A stretch of 20,000 nucleotides of DNA from the IMG/VR virus record IMGVR_UViG_3300042380_000159; one strand, 5' to 3'. The notes under the pieces are model-generated. The model was not told the DNA's origin. It ran no database searches and saw only the letters and a list, made by a program, of their open reading frames with translations. The DNA comes from an uncultured virus (IMG/VR IMGVR_UViG_3300042380_000159). Its lineage: Duplodnaviria; Heunggongvirae; Uroviricota; Caudoviricetes. The translations under genes and the position numbers were made by a program. Each line of letters opens with the position of its first letter. Position 1 is the stretch's first letter. Shown piece after piece: positions 8,826 through 16,743 of the stretch.

Positions 8826-9234
8826 CAGATGAGACCCTCGCCAACGCCGAAGCAGTCAGGCCAAACTCGGCCGCAAACTTCAGCATCTGATTCCGTGCGT
8901 CGCGCTTCCGATTCCACGCCGGGTGATTGCTTACCCTACCCTTGTCGTCCATCAATGTGGTGCCGTTGGCCTTCAGCTCTTGGTCGGCCTGCACCATGTC
9001 GGCGAACGAGTCGCAATACGCCGCGAGTGTCTGCTGGTGGCGCGGGCTCATCACCTTCGACGCTTCGAGCATCGGCACGATCCGCTCCCACTCGGCGCGG
9101 GCAATGTCCGACAGCCACGCAGGGGAAGGCGGAACGCCAGGCGGCGCGTCGATACCGGTGGCGTGCGGCCCTCTAAGTCGGCTGCCACGCAGGCTAAGGA
9201 TCTGTTTAGGCGTCGGTTTGCGGCCCTTACCCAT
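8776..9234 (-). CDS. terS: Terminase small subunit, P27 family
   Basis: MGKGRKPTP...PAWLSDIARAEWERI...LAAYC...HPA...EFGLTASA. Confidence 0.92.
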   Translation of the reverse strand: MGKGRKPTPKQILSLRGSRLRGPHATGIDAPPGVPPSPAWLSDIARAEWERIVPMLEASKVMSPRHQQTLAAYCDSFADMVQADQELKANGTTLMDDKGRVSNHPAWNRKRDARNQMLKFAAEFGLTASALARVSSVDQGPQEDDEDARMFA

Positions 9235-9239
9235 ACGGC

Positions 9240-9335
9240 TAAATCCTAACTTCCAATTTCAACCAAACGTACGCAGAGCAAACGACCGGGGTTTTTATTG
9301 GGCAAAGGTGGGGTGATTTGACCCGCCCTCCGCCG
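9240..9335 (-). other. Candidate cos/packaging-initiation region
   Basis: Lower-GC stretch at the HNH-terS junction containing GGGCGGGTCAAATC (9315-9328). HNH-P27 TerS phages typically place cos here. The exact cut site cannot be determined. Confidence 0.4.
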
Positions 9336-9708
9336 CCGAATTTCCCCGTCCGCCCGCAGAAAAAAGCGTGTTTTCGGCAGGTTTTTTGACTGTTTTTCTT
9401 TTTTCGGCTTCGTTTTGCTCGCGTCGCGTCTTCCTGCCGTGGCAAGCGATGCACAAGCATTGGCCGTTCGTTACGTCGTAACGCTCGCCTCCCAATGCGA
9501 CAGGTACAACGTGATCTGCGTGGTTAGAGTTGCATACAGTGCCGCAGGACCGGCAGGCCCACCCGTCACGGGTCAACACAGCCTGCCGCCATGCCCGGTG
9601 CCTCTTGTCGGTATAGCCCCGTGCATATGCGTTGGGCCGCCCTGCATCGTCGCGGCGTCGCGGGGGGCATAGCCTCGGCGGTATGTGGGGGGGGATACGT
9701 TGCGGCAT
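9295..9708 (-). CDS. HNH endonuclease (terminase-associated, HK97 gp74-like)
   Basis: CRSC...ADHVVPVALGGERYDVTNGQCLCIACHGRKT; immediately upstream of terS. Confidence 0.92.
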   Translation of the reverse strand: MPQRIPPHIPPRLCPPRRRDDAGRPNAYARGYTDKRHRAWRQAVLTRDGWACRSCGTVCNSNHADHVVPVALGGERYDVTNGQCLCIACHGRKTRREQNEAEKRKTVKKPAENTLFSAGGRGNSAAEGGSNHPTFAQ

Positions 9709-9803
9709 GGTGGGGGGGGTACTTCACGCACAAACGTGCATGCGTTCAGCCTATGCCTAGCGTCCAGTTGGCTTGCAGCCTTACATCGCCGCTATAGCGC
9801 ACT

Positions 9804-10118
9804 TCAGCCCGGCGGCTCGGGGAGCGGCATCCAGTGGGTGACTTGAAAGTTGCTGCGGCCTGGGGCCGAGAAGTACGCGGTTCCTGCTTCGGTGCTGAAG
9901 TTCAGCCATGCGAGCAAAAGGTCGCGGTACTCCGACACAAGCACCGTGTCACCAGCCTTCGGCAGCTCCTCGCTCACCGGAATCCATCGCGAACTAGCGG
10001 CAATGATTTCTGCCTTACACTCCATCAGCAGCTCTTCTGGAAACGGCACGTCCTCCCACCCTGCTGTCTCGCAGTCGGAAAGTTCTTTGTCGATCCGGGC
10101 AATGATGTCGCTTTCCAT
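9804..10118 (-). CDS. DUF551-domain protein
   Basis: RWIPVSEELP...VTHWMPLPEPP; ATG at 10118 preceded by GGAG. Confidence 0.85.
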   Translation of the reverse strand: MESDIIARIDKELSDCETAGWEDVPFPEELLMECKAEIIAASSRWIPVSEELPKAGDTVLVSEYRDLLLAWLNFSTEAGTAYFSAPGRSNFQVTHWMPLPEPPG

Positions 10119-10132
10119 GTCTCCACTTTCGC

Positions 10133-10348
10133 TCAGTAGCGCATTCCCTGCGACTTTTCCCATCGTCGCAGCCATGCGTGAAAGTTCTTCCACACTCCAG
10201 CGGGCGGGTTCTGGTTCCTCAGCGTTCTGCCGTCCTTCGCAACAAACAGCGGGCCGAACTGCATGGAGTAATCCCAACGCCACGTTCGCCCATTGTGACA
10301 GGTCGAACCGGATGCGGCGTGCCATGAGTCAATGAAGCAGCGTCCCAT
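10133..10348 (-). CDS. Hypothetical protein (71 aa)
   Basis: MGRCFIDSW...RTWRWDYSMQFGPLFVAKDG...; fills the gap between neighbours; AGGT upstream. Confidence 0.55.
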   Translation of the reverse strand: MGRCFIDSWHAASGSTCHNGRTWRWDYSMQFGPLFVAKDGRTLRNQNPPAGVWKNFHAWLRRWEKSQGMRY

Positions 10349-10371
10349 GTCTTTACCTGATTTCAGTAGCG

Positions 10372-10563
10372 TCACCGAATGTGCGTCAGCCCCATCATCG
10401 CCGCCAACTCGCCAGGATCGGTCGGCGTGGATCGCGGCTCCGCCAGGGCGACGATGCACCGCTCCATGCGGGCGATGTCCTCGCGGGCCTTCTCCTGCCA
10501 CGCCTCAAGCTCTTTGATGCGGTTTTGCAGGAGCTCGGTTCGATACTGTGCGTGAGCGTCCAT
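10372..10563 (-). CDS. Hypothetical coiled-coil protein (63 aa)
   Basis: Strong RBS AAGGAGG; LLQNRIKELEAWQEKAREDIARMERCI heptad pattern. Confidence 0.65.
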   Translation of the reverse strand: MDAHAQYRTELLQNRIKELEAWQEKAREDIARMERCIVALAEPRSTPTDPGELAAMMGLTHIR

Positions 10564-10617
10564 CTGTCCCTCCTTGCGGCGTGTTGTGCAACTATCCGGC
10601 AATTCCGGTGGGTTCGC

Positions 10618-10836
10618 TCATACCAGCAAACTCGTCAATTCGTAAGGAATCAACGCCCGTACTTCTTCCAGAATTCTCTCCAACTCTGGCGTCGGCTCGC
10701 CGCGATTGAGGACGGCCCGACAGCGGTTGTCGATCAGCTCCAGCGCGATCAGCGCCTCGCGGCCCGCGAGGGCATAGCGATGCTCGCGGGCGTCGTCGGG
10801 GTCAGCGAGGTCGAACTTCAGGAGAGCGTGTGCCAT
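10618..10836 (-). CDS. Hypothetical protein (72 aa)
   Basis: MAHALLKFDLADPDDAREHRYALAG...; GC-rich coding-like composition next to an AT-rich spacer. Confidence 0.7.
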   Translation of the reverse strand: MAHALLKFDLADPDDAREHRYALAGREALIALELIDNRCRAVLNRGEPTPELERILEEVRALIPYELTSLLV

Positions 10837-11050
10837 GTATAGCGAGGTTACTACGGTTTATCCCGGTTTATCAGTTTCCGATAACTTTGGCCCAGATTGT
10901 ATCCGAACTCATACGGAAAGCGTATCGTTTTCGATATGTTTCGGGCATCCTATTTTGGGAATATTGCCCCTCACGCAATTATCGCGAAATACAAAACCCA
11001 GGTACTTGTGTCGAACTACCGAGCCTTCGCTCTTCTGGTGCTATAGCGCA

Positions 11051-11497
11051 CTAACAGCGAAACGGCTTCACCTTCTCCTGCCATGTGACAATCAGATGGC
11101 GCGTGGCGTCGTCGGCGTACTCCATCGTCGTGATGTCGAACTTGCCATCAGTCTCCACGCCAAGCGCGGCCGGATGCCGCTTGTCGTAAATGCCGTCAGG
11201 AAGGCTCACGCTTTCTCGTTGGGGCAGGCCCTTGTGGCGGTATTCGACCTTGTAGCCTTCGTCAGCCTCCTCAACCGCGACCGGATAAAAGTCACCCAGC
11301 CGCTCCACAAGCAGGGCCGTCAACCTTCCGCCAGTTGGCTGGTGGGCATCATAGGCGCAGGTAAAGGCCAGTTGCGCCCGGTCGAAGTCATGCTCGGAAA
11401 TCTTCCCGGCACAGAGGTCAAGAGCCGCCTGCATGATGTATTCGCGGCACTGGTCGGCTTGCTCAACCGATCCTCGTCCGACGCAAACGTACCCCAT
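11051..11497 (-). CDS. Hypothetical protein (148 aa)
   Basis: ATG at 11497 preceded by AAGGAAGGT; acidic globular-looking sequence. Confidence 0.65.
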   Translation of the reverse strand: MGYVCVGRGSVEQADQCREYIMQAALDLCAGKISEHDFDRAQLAFTCAYDAHQPTGGRLTALLVERLGDFYPVAVEEADEGYKVEYRHKGLPQRESVSLPDGIYDKRHPAALGVETDGKFDITTMEYADDATRHLIVTWQEKVKPFRC

Positions 11498-11585
11498 GAG
11501 ATCACCTTCCTTTCGGGGCGTGATTCTACCCGGCTGGCAAGCGGGCGCAATGCCTTTTCCGACCGTCTCTAAGGTGGATAGCGCA

Positions 11586-12194
11586 CTACATCGCCGCCAG
11601 TAGCGGAAGGTCGATAGCCGCGCCCCATTGCTCGGCCATAGCTCTGGCAATCCCTTCGTATGTCTTGCTTCTGATCTTCCAGCGGTCGGGCGACGGGGCC
11701 AGCTTGTTCTGCCCGCTCGCGGTCTGGTTCTCCCACCTATCCCGATGCTCAAGGACGCTGGTGGGCCGCAGGGGTGGCAATCCCTTCAGCCAGAGACAGG
11801 TGGCCTTCGACTCTGGGTGGCCGAACTGCCAAGGCTGAATGGTCTGGTCGGGCTTCCGCCAGAGCGATGACATGATGCAGACCGGGTTTTCAATGGCGAT
11901 ATGCGGAATGTCGGCCTTCGCCAGCCGCATGAAAAACGACACGCTCGCCTGCTGCCTGCCGTCCATCCGCTTCGCCTGGAAGTGCCTAGCACCGCTCACC
12001 GACAGGTCGGTGCATGGCGGATGGGCAATCATCAAATCCCAAGGGTAGTCCAGAACGTCACGAACGTCGCCTTGGTAGTGCGGGCCTGGCGTCTCGGTGG
12101 GCAGGAGATCGCACGACATAGCCTCATGCCCAAGAGCCAAGAAGGCGTCTCGGACGCTGCCGCTGTATTCGCAGGCGATGAGTACCCGTGCCAT
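11586..12194 (-). CDS. Short DNA cytosine-5 methyltransferase-like protein
   Basis: VLIACEYSG (variant motif I), SCDL, AHPPCT (catalytic PC), IENP (motif VI), KATCLW, C-terminal RSKTYEGIARAMAEQW. Confidence 0.8.
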   Translation of the reverse strand: MARVLIACEYSGSVRDAFLALGHEAMSCDLLPTETPGPHYQGDVRDVLDYPWDLMIAHPPCTDLSVSGARHFQAKRMDGRQQASVSFFMRLAKADIPHIAIENPVCIMSSLWRKPDQTIQPWQFGHPESKATCLWLKGLPPLRPTSVLEHRDRWENQTASGQNKLAPSPDRWKIRSKTYEGIARAMAEQWGAAIDLPLLAAM

Positions 12195-12238
12195 TTCCCG
12201 AGCCTACGCGCATAGCCAAATCTGGCAACAGCATTTCC

Positions 12239-12257
12239 GAGAGCGAATTGCGCTCTC
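12239..12257. promoter_or_regulatory. Intergenic hairpin at the island boundary
   Basis: Perfect 7-bp inverted repeat GAGAGCG-aattg-CGCTCTC; no clear U-tract, function unknown. Confidence 0.4.
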
Positions 12258-12275
12258 TTGTGGGTGTACGGCAAC

Positions 12276-12593
12276 TCAGCCGATAGGCGGGTCGGGCGGC
12301 AGCATCGCCACCGCATCGGCCCACGGGATCACTTCCACGCTTGCCCCTAGCACGGCCTTGTCGGCCGCTTCCCACATGGCATGGAGCAGGCCGCCGGGTT
12401 CGATCTCGGTCAGAATGTCCGCACACAGCATGAGCCGCCCATCGGTCAGCGTGCGCGGGACCGGAACGCAGTTGGGCGAGCCGTGGCTCGCGTGCAGTTC
12501 CGCTAGCCGGGCCGCAAGCGCGGGAGTGAACACCAGGGCGTACCCCTTGGCGGCCTCGTAGGAGATCGGGAGCGTGAGGTCTGCGAGCGTCAT
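12276..12593 (-). CDS. Hypothetical protein, possibly a fibre-associated chaperone
   Basis: TAATG coupling to the upstream gene; PRTLTDGRLMLCADILTE; follows the fibre genes. Confidence 0.7.
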   Translation of the reverse strand: MTLADLTLPISYEAAKGYALVFTPALAARLAELHASHGSPNCVPVPRTLTDGRLMLCADILTEIEPGGLLHAMWEAADKAVLGASVEVIPWADAVAMLPPDPPIG

Positions 12594-13465
12594 TAGTTGC
12601 GCCCCAGTGCTGTCTGAAAGGCCACGACCGCCGACGAGAACGCTGCCGCCTGCGAGGCCGTGAACGACGTTCCGATGGAATAGCCTTGCAGGGTGGCCGC
12701 AAGAAACTGGTCGCCGGTATTGCCGCTGTCGGCGCGATTGCGGGCAAACACCGATGGAGCGCCTGGGCTTGTGACCGACCAGTTATTCGTGTTGGTCATG
12801 CTCACGGCGAGGTTGAGGTCAACGCCGTTCCGGTAGACCTTCGCATCGTTGTTGGTTCGCTGGCACAGAAGGTGGCCGGAACGGTTTGCCCCCGACCATG
12901 CTGCACCTTCGATGCCGCAGTTACTGGCACCACCAGAGCGGTAGTAGATGAGATTTAGGCCGCCGAAAGTTAGTGCGCCAAAGGTGGCCTGCGCTGTTTG
13001 GCCGCCGAATGTGGAGAGCGGCGAATTGTTCGCCGTGATCTGGGCGCGTGAGTACCAAGAGCAATGCGTATCCGTGTGCGAGATGCCAGCCGCCACCATA
13101 TCCATGCCGGTCTGTAGCCGCTTGTTGCTGCCGTTGCCGGTCAGCCCGCCCGTCGTGCCCGTCTCAACGTAATCGCCCGCCACGAAGTTGCTGTTCGTGT
13201 CGATGGTGTTGCCGAACTGCGTCCCGCCGAGCGATGTTCCGCGATAGAGCGGGACGAGAGCCGCCGCGAGGCCGGTGCCACAAAATAAGTTCACGCGGGA
13301 CAGTCGTGAGCGGATGCCTGCCGTATCAACCGCCCGGCAGAAGGTTTCAACCGCCGCGAAGGTTGAAGCCGATACGGTGCCGCCGTTGGCGATGACGCGG
13401 GTCCGCCAACTTGCGGCCTCGGGGTGGGCCGTCGCTCGGAAGTAGCCGATCTTGCCTGCGAGCAT
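12593..13465 (-). CDS. Putative virion beta-sandwich (LamG/ConA-like) protein
   Basis: ATG overlaps the fibre TAA; Gly/Thr/Asn-rich; KVYRNGV and YSIGTSFTASQAAAF resemble LamG C-terminal motifs. Confidence 0.55.
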   Translation of the reverse strand: MLAGKIGYFRATAHPEAASWRTRVIANGGTVSASTFAAVETFCRAVDTAGIRSRLSRVNLFCGTGLAAALVPLYRGTSLGGTQFGNTIDTNSNFVAGDYVETGTTGGLTGNGSNKRLQTGMDMVAAGISHTDTHCSWYSRAQITANNSPLSTFGGQTAQATFGALTFGGLNLIYYRSGGASNCGIEGAAWSGANRSGHLLCQRTNNDAKVYRNGVDLNLAVSMTNTNNWSVTSPGAPSVFARNRADSGNTGDQFLAATLQGYSIGTSFTASQAAAFSSAVVAFQTALGRN

Positions 13466-15564
13466 TAGAAGTTTTGCGCCGCTGTGCCGTACCAGTTCGT
13501 GCCGTCTGAGACGAACACCAAGATGTCGCGCTTGTTGCTCGTCGCCGTGATCGTCGGCGCGGTGCCTCCCGCCCACAGGACGGAAGTGAACGTCGCCGTG
13601 AACGTCCCGCCCTGAGTCAAAATGAGCGTGATCGAAGCCCCAGCGGTCGGGCTGGGCATCGTGAATGCGCAGTTGCCCGAGAGCGTCACGGTCTGCACGG
13701 AGCCGGTGGTCAGGGCCAGCGTGGTCGATGTGCCGCTGTTGCCCACCGTTTGCGTCTGCTCAAGGACGACGGGCAGGCGGGCGAGGGCGACGGTGCCGGT
13801 GGTGATGTCAGCCCCGGAGTGGACGTGCGCCGTGGGCGTCCTCGCGTCACTGAGCCGGGCGTCATTCGCCGCGACGAAATCCGTCGTTGCCGCTGCCGCT
13901 GCGGTGCCGAGCGTGGGGCGGCCCGTGAGGTCCGAATAGGCTCCTGTCCTGCCTGCCGTGGAAATGCCGCTGCCGATCAGATCGGTTCCGGCACGATCCG
14001 GGTAGACATCGCTCTGCGTTGCAAACGTCCAATAGCCAGCGTTCGTGCCGCCGCCCTTGTAGCGGCTTGCCTTCACCCACTCGCTTTCGGTGGGAAGCCG
14101 ATACTTCGCGCCAGCGTTGGCCGCAATCACGACGTTCGATGCGGTAATCGTGTAGGCACCGTCCTCGGTCGTGGAAGATGACTGAGCGCCGGTCGGCTTG
14201 CCGTTATGCAGCCAGTTGCAGTAGCGCACGGACGCATACCAAGTAACAAAATTTACCGGCTTGTTGCGTGCGTTCGCCCGTGCGGCGTAGGTGAACGAGC
14301 CCGACGAGCCACTTCGCGTGATGCCGCCAGCGGCATCTGTTCCCATCCGCGTGTCATACAGGCCGTTCGTGTCGGTGGCCGCCACAGCGTTCAGGAAGGC
14401 GACATACTCCGCGTTCGTGACGGCGTAGCGGCCGATGCGGTACTCATAGGCAACGCCGCCGACGCCGCTCGCGCTGTTCGCGTTGCCGACATCCCCAACG
14501 GTGACGAACCCGCCGTATCCGTTGGCGTCTGACGGCGATGCGACGCGAAACCCGACGTTGGTAAATCGGTTCGTCGGTGATACCGCGATGCCGTCCCAGA
14601 CATAGGTAATCGGGTACGTTCCGCCTTCGCCATCCGACAAGTACGAGCCGCCACGCATCATCGACAGCGACGGGTTGTCGCGAGCCGCGCCGCCGAACGT
14701 GCCGATCCACTCCTCCAGGTTGCCGTGCTGGTCGAACGTGCCGTAGTAGCTGGGACGCCCCGTCGTGCCGACCGCAAACGGGCCGGGATTTTGGCCGTAG
14801 TTGGCCGAATTGCCGAGCAGGTAGCGGGCGTCCAGCGAGGCCGTGAGTCCGACCACCTCTTGTGCGCTATGCGTATGAGAGACGGCAGCCGCCCCGATGT
14901 CGGCGGCCGTAAGGGCGTCAGAGCCGCCCGTGGCGTGGGTGCTCTTGTGGGCCGCCAGGGCGAGCGAGCCGCTCGAGGTCGTGAGGCCGGAGCCGATCGA
15001 CAGTGCCACCGTCTGCGTGCCGGAGTTGTAGGTCACTGGAGCAGTCGCCGCGACGACGCCCGATGGGCCTTGTGGCCCCGTCGCCCCTGTGGCTCCTGTC
15101 GCGCCGGTAGCGCCCGTCGCGCCGGTAGGACCGGTCGGACCTGCCGGGCCTTGGTCGCCAGTGTCACCCTTTGGCCCTTGCGGACCGGTAGCACCAGTCG
15201 CCCCCGCAGGGCCTTGAGGTCCGATGTCGCCTTGATCGCCCTTTGGTCCCTGCGGCCCCTGCGGTCCAGTGGCACCGGTCGCGCCTGTGGAGCCCGTCGC
15301 GCCCGCTGGGCCTTGCAAGCCAACGTCGCCCTGGTCGCCCTTCGGGCCTTGCGGGCCGGTGGCTCCAGTTGCGCCGGTCGGGCCTGCCACGCCTTGCGGT
15401 CCCTGCGGACCTTGTGGACCGGCCGGGCCTTGCTCGCCCTGCGGACCCTGCGGGCCAGCGGCACCGCTCGGGCCAAAGCCACCGCTTACCGTGGCGTCGA
15501 TCTTGGTCTCGCCCACGCTCGCCGTGATCTGCTGCCCGCCGCTGACGTTCGCATTGATCGGCAC
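13465..15564 (-). CDS. Collagen-like fibre protein with an FGE-sulfatase/CLec-fold domain
   Basis: About 46 Gly-X-Y triplets, HxH shaft motifs, FGE-family motifs ([44 protein letters not shown]) and a beta-rich C-terminal domain. Confidence 0.85.
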   Translation of the reverse strand: MPINANVSGGQQITASVGETKIDATVSGGFGPSGAAGPQGPQGEQGPAGPQGPQGPQGVAGPTGATGATGPQGPKGDQGDVGLQGPAGATGSTGATGATGPQGPQGPKGDQGDIGPQGPAGATGATGPQGPKGDTGDQGPAGPTGPTGATGATGATGATGATGPQGPSGVVAATAPVTYNSGTQTVALSIGSGLTTSSGSLALAAHKSTHATGGSDALTAADIGAAAVSHTHSAQEVVGLTASLDARYLLGNSANYGQNPGPFAVGTTGRPSYYGTFDQHGNLEEWIGTFGGAARDNPSLSMMRGGSYLSDGEGGTYPITYVWDGIAVSPTNRFTNVGFRVASPSDANGYGGFVTVGDVGNANSASGVGGVAYEYRIGRYAVTNAEYVAFLNAVAATDTNGLYDTRMGTDAAGGITRSGSSGSFTYAARANARNKPVNFVTWYASVRYCNWLHNGKPTGAQSSSTTEDGAYTITASNVVIAANAGAKYRLPTESEWVKASRYKGGGTNAGYWTFATQSDVYPDRAGTDLIGSGISTAGRTGAYSDLTGRPTLGTAAAAATTDFVAANDARLSDARTPTAHVHSGADITTGTVALARLPVVLEQTQTVGNSGTSTTLALTTGSVQTVTLSGNCAFTMPSPTAGASITLILTQGGTFTATFTSVLWAGGTAPTITATSNKRDILVFVSDGTNWYGTAAQNF
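15061..15474 (-). repeat. Collagen Gly-X-Y coding repeat
   Basis: Uninterrupted GPQ/GAT/GPK/GDQ triplets over 138 aa. Confidence 0.95.
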
Positions 15565-15878
15565 TACAGCACCTCCACGAATCCGGTGAGGGCGGTACGG
15601 GTGGCGTTGTTCTCAGTCCACCGCATCTGCCACCCGTAGGTGCCACGGGCCAGGGCGGCCGTCTGCGTGTCGGTGAGGCTCACGTTCACCTGCCCGGCCG
15701 TGGCCGAGACGAACGACACGGTGAGCGGCTGCACCTCGGCACCGCTGACGAGCGACGTGATGCCAGCCGTGACGGTGTACGAGGCCAGCGAAATGGAGAA
15801 GTCAACCAGTGCGCTGAAATCGTCACCTCTCTTGAACGAGAGGCCCAGCGTGCCGGGTGTTTGGTCGTAGGAGGACAT
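15564..15878 (-). CDS. Hypothetical Ig-like/BppU-N-like structural protein
   Basis: LSFKRGDDF...[24 protein letters not shown]...[14 protein letters not shown] coupling to the fibre gene. Confidence 0.65.
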   Translation of the reverse strand: MSSYDQTPGTLGLSFKRGDDFSALVDFSISLASYTVTAGITSLVSGAEVQPLTVSFVSATAGQVNVSLTDTQTAALARGTYGWQMRWTENNATRTALTGFVEVL

Positions 15879-15887
15879 TGGCTCGCC

Positions 15888-16148
15888 TCAGTTGTGCCGG
15901 TCGGTGTCGGGCAGGCTGGTCGCGGCAGACTTTGGTTGTAGGGCATACAGCAAGCGCGTCTGCTCTTTGATCGCACTGCCGATCTCGCGTTGCGTCTCGC
16001 CCAGCTGCTGGACGAACTCCTGATGCGCCGCCACGAGCGGGAGCAGCACGTCCTGCCGCAGCACCCAGCCGAAGGCGATGGCCACCAAGGTGGGAAAGCC
16101 CCACCGCTCAATGATCGAAAAGAGTGTGTTCTTCGCTTCGTCGGTCAT
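15888..16148 (-). CDS. Holin-like single-pass membrane protein
   Basis: IIERWGFPTLVAIAFGWVLR transmembrane segment followed by an amphipathic coiled coil (BhlA/UviB-like layout). Confidence 0.55.
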   Translation of the reverse strand: MTDEAKNTLFSIIERWGFPTLVAIAFGWVLRQDVLLPLVAAHQEFVQQLGETQREIGSAIKEQTRLLYALQPKSAATSLPDTDRHN

Positions 16149-16486
16149 CGCCGCATCTCCGTCTGCCACCCTACCAATGCAATGCGATTGCTGGCAGTTT
16201 TGAGCCACCACGCCAGGATCGCTTTGACGATCTCTTGAATGAGCACGCCCAGCACGAGCGAGAGGATGATGCCCATGCGGACGTTCTGCCGTTCGCTCCG
16301 CTCAATGCTCGCGGCCACCTGTTCGAGCATGACGCCGTAGCCCTCGGGCCGGGCCTGCGAGATCGCCACCGTGGGCCACTTGCGGACGACGCGCCGCACC
16401 AGGCGGGAGACGAGGGCTTTCCCGGCAAGGTGCTTCCTAGCCGAGAGGCTGGACCACACGGCGGCGTCGAGGTCTTCGAGGCTCAT
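16145..16486 (-). CDS. Hypothetical membrane protein
   Basis: Hydrophobic segment MGIILSLVLGVLIQEIVKAILAWW; ATGA overlaps at both ends. Confidence 0.7.
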   Translation of the reverse strand: MSLEDLDAAVWSSLSARKHLAGKALVSRLVRRVVRKWPTVAISQARPEGYGVMLEQVAASIERSERQNVRMGIILSLVLGVLIQEIVKAILAWWLKTASNRIALVGWQTEMRR

Positions 16487-16743
16487 TTGGCCACCTTCTT
16501 TCCGGTGCCTTTGCAGACGGGGCAGGTCATCACAATCCGGCCGTCACCGATCTTGCCGGTGCCGTCGCAGTTGTCGCAGTTGTCGCTCTTCGGGGCGGGG
16601 GCCATCTCCTGCTTCAACTTCTCAGCCATGCGGGCCGTCTCGCAGGCGAGATCCGCCACGATGTCGGGATGGTCAGGCTGCACCACGCCGCAGCTGGGCA
16701 CGCCCAGGAGCATCACGCCGGTGACGAGGGCCGCCGTCTTCAT
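16483..16743 (-). CDS. Signal-peptide/lipoprotein-like protein with a DnaJ-type zinc finger
   Basis: MKTAALVTGVMLLGVPSC leader; CDNCDGTG and CPVCKGTG; ATGA overlap with the peptidase stop. Confidence 0.75.
   Translation of the reverse strand: MKTAALVTGVMLLGVPSCGVVQPDHPDIVADLACETARMAEKLKQEMAPAPKSDNCDNCDGTGKIGDGRIVMTCPVCKGTGKKVAK

Noticed and set aside
10835..11572. 245-aa plus-strand ORF crossing the AT-rich spacer
   Set aside because: Antisense to a minus-strand ORF that has a good RBS and a motif-linked stop; no recognisable domain
9782..11597. CRISPR array or classical integron attC sites
   Set aside because: The repeats are only 9-13 bp and separated by whole genes. There is no regular spacing, no RYYYAAC/GTTRRRY pairing, and no cas or intI gene.
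14530..14660. Diversity-generating retroelement variable region (CLec fold, RGGS..GFR)
   Set aside because: No reverse transcriptase and no template-repeat copy are visible in the window. It cannot be excluded elsewhere in the genome.
13965..14815. Catalytically active formylglycine-generating enzyme
   Set aside because: The catalytic Cys pair that normally follows RGGS is absent, so a binding role is more likely
15269..15589. Plus-strand Pro/Gly/Cys repeat ORF
   Set aside because: Reverse-complement artefact of the collagen codons
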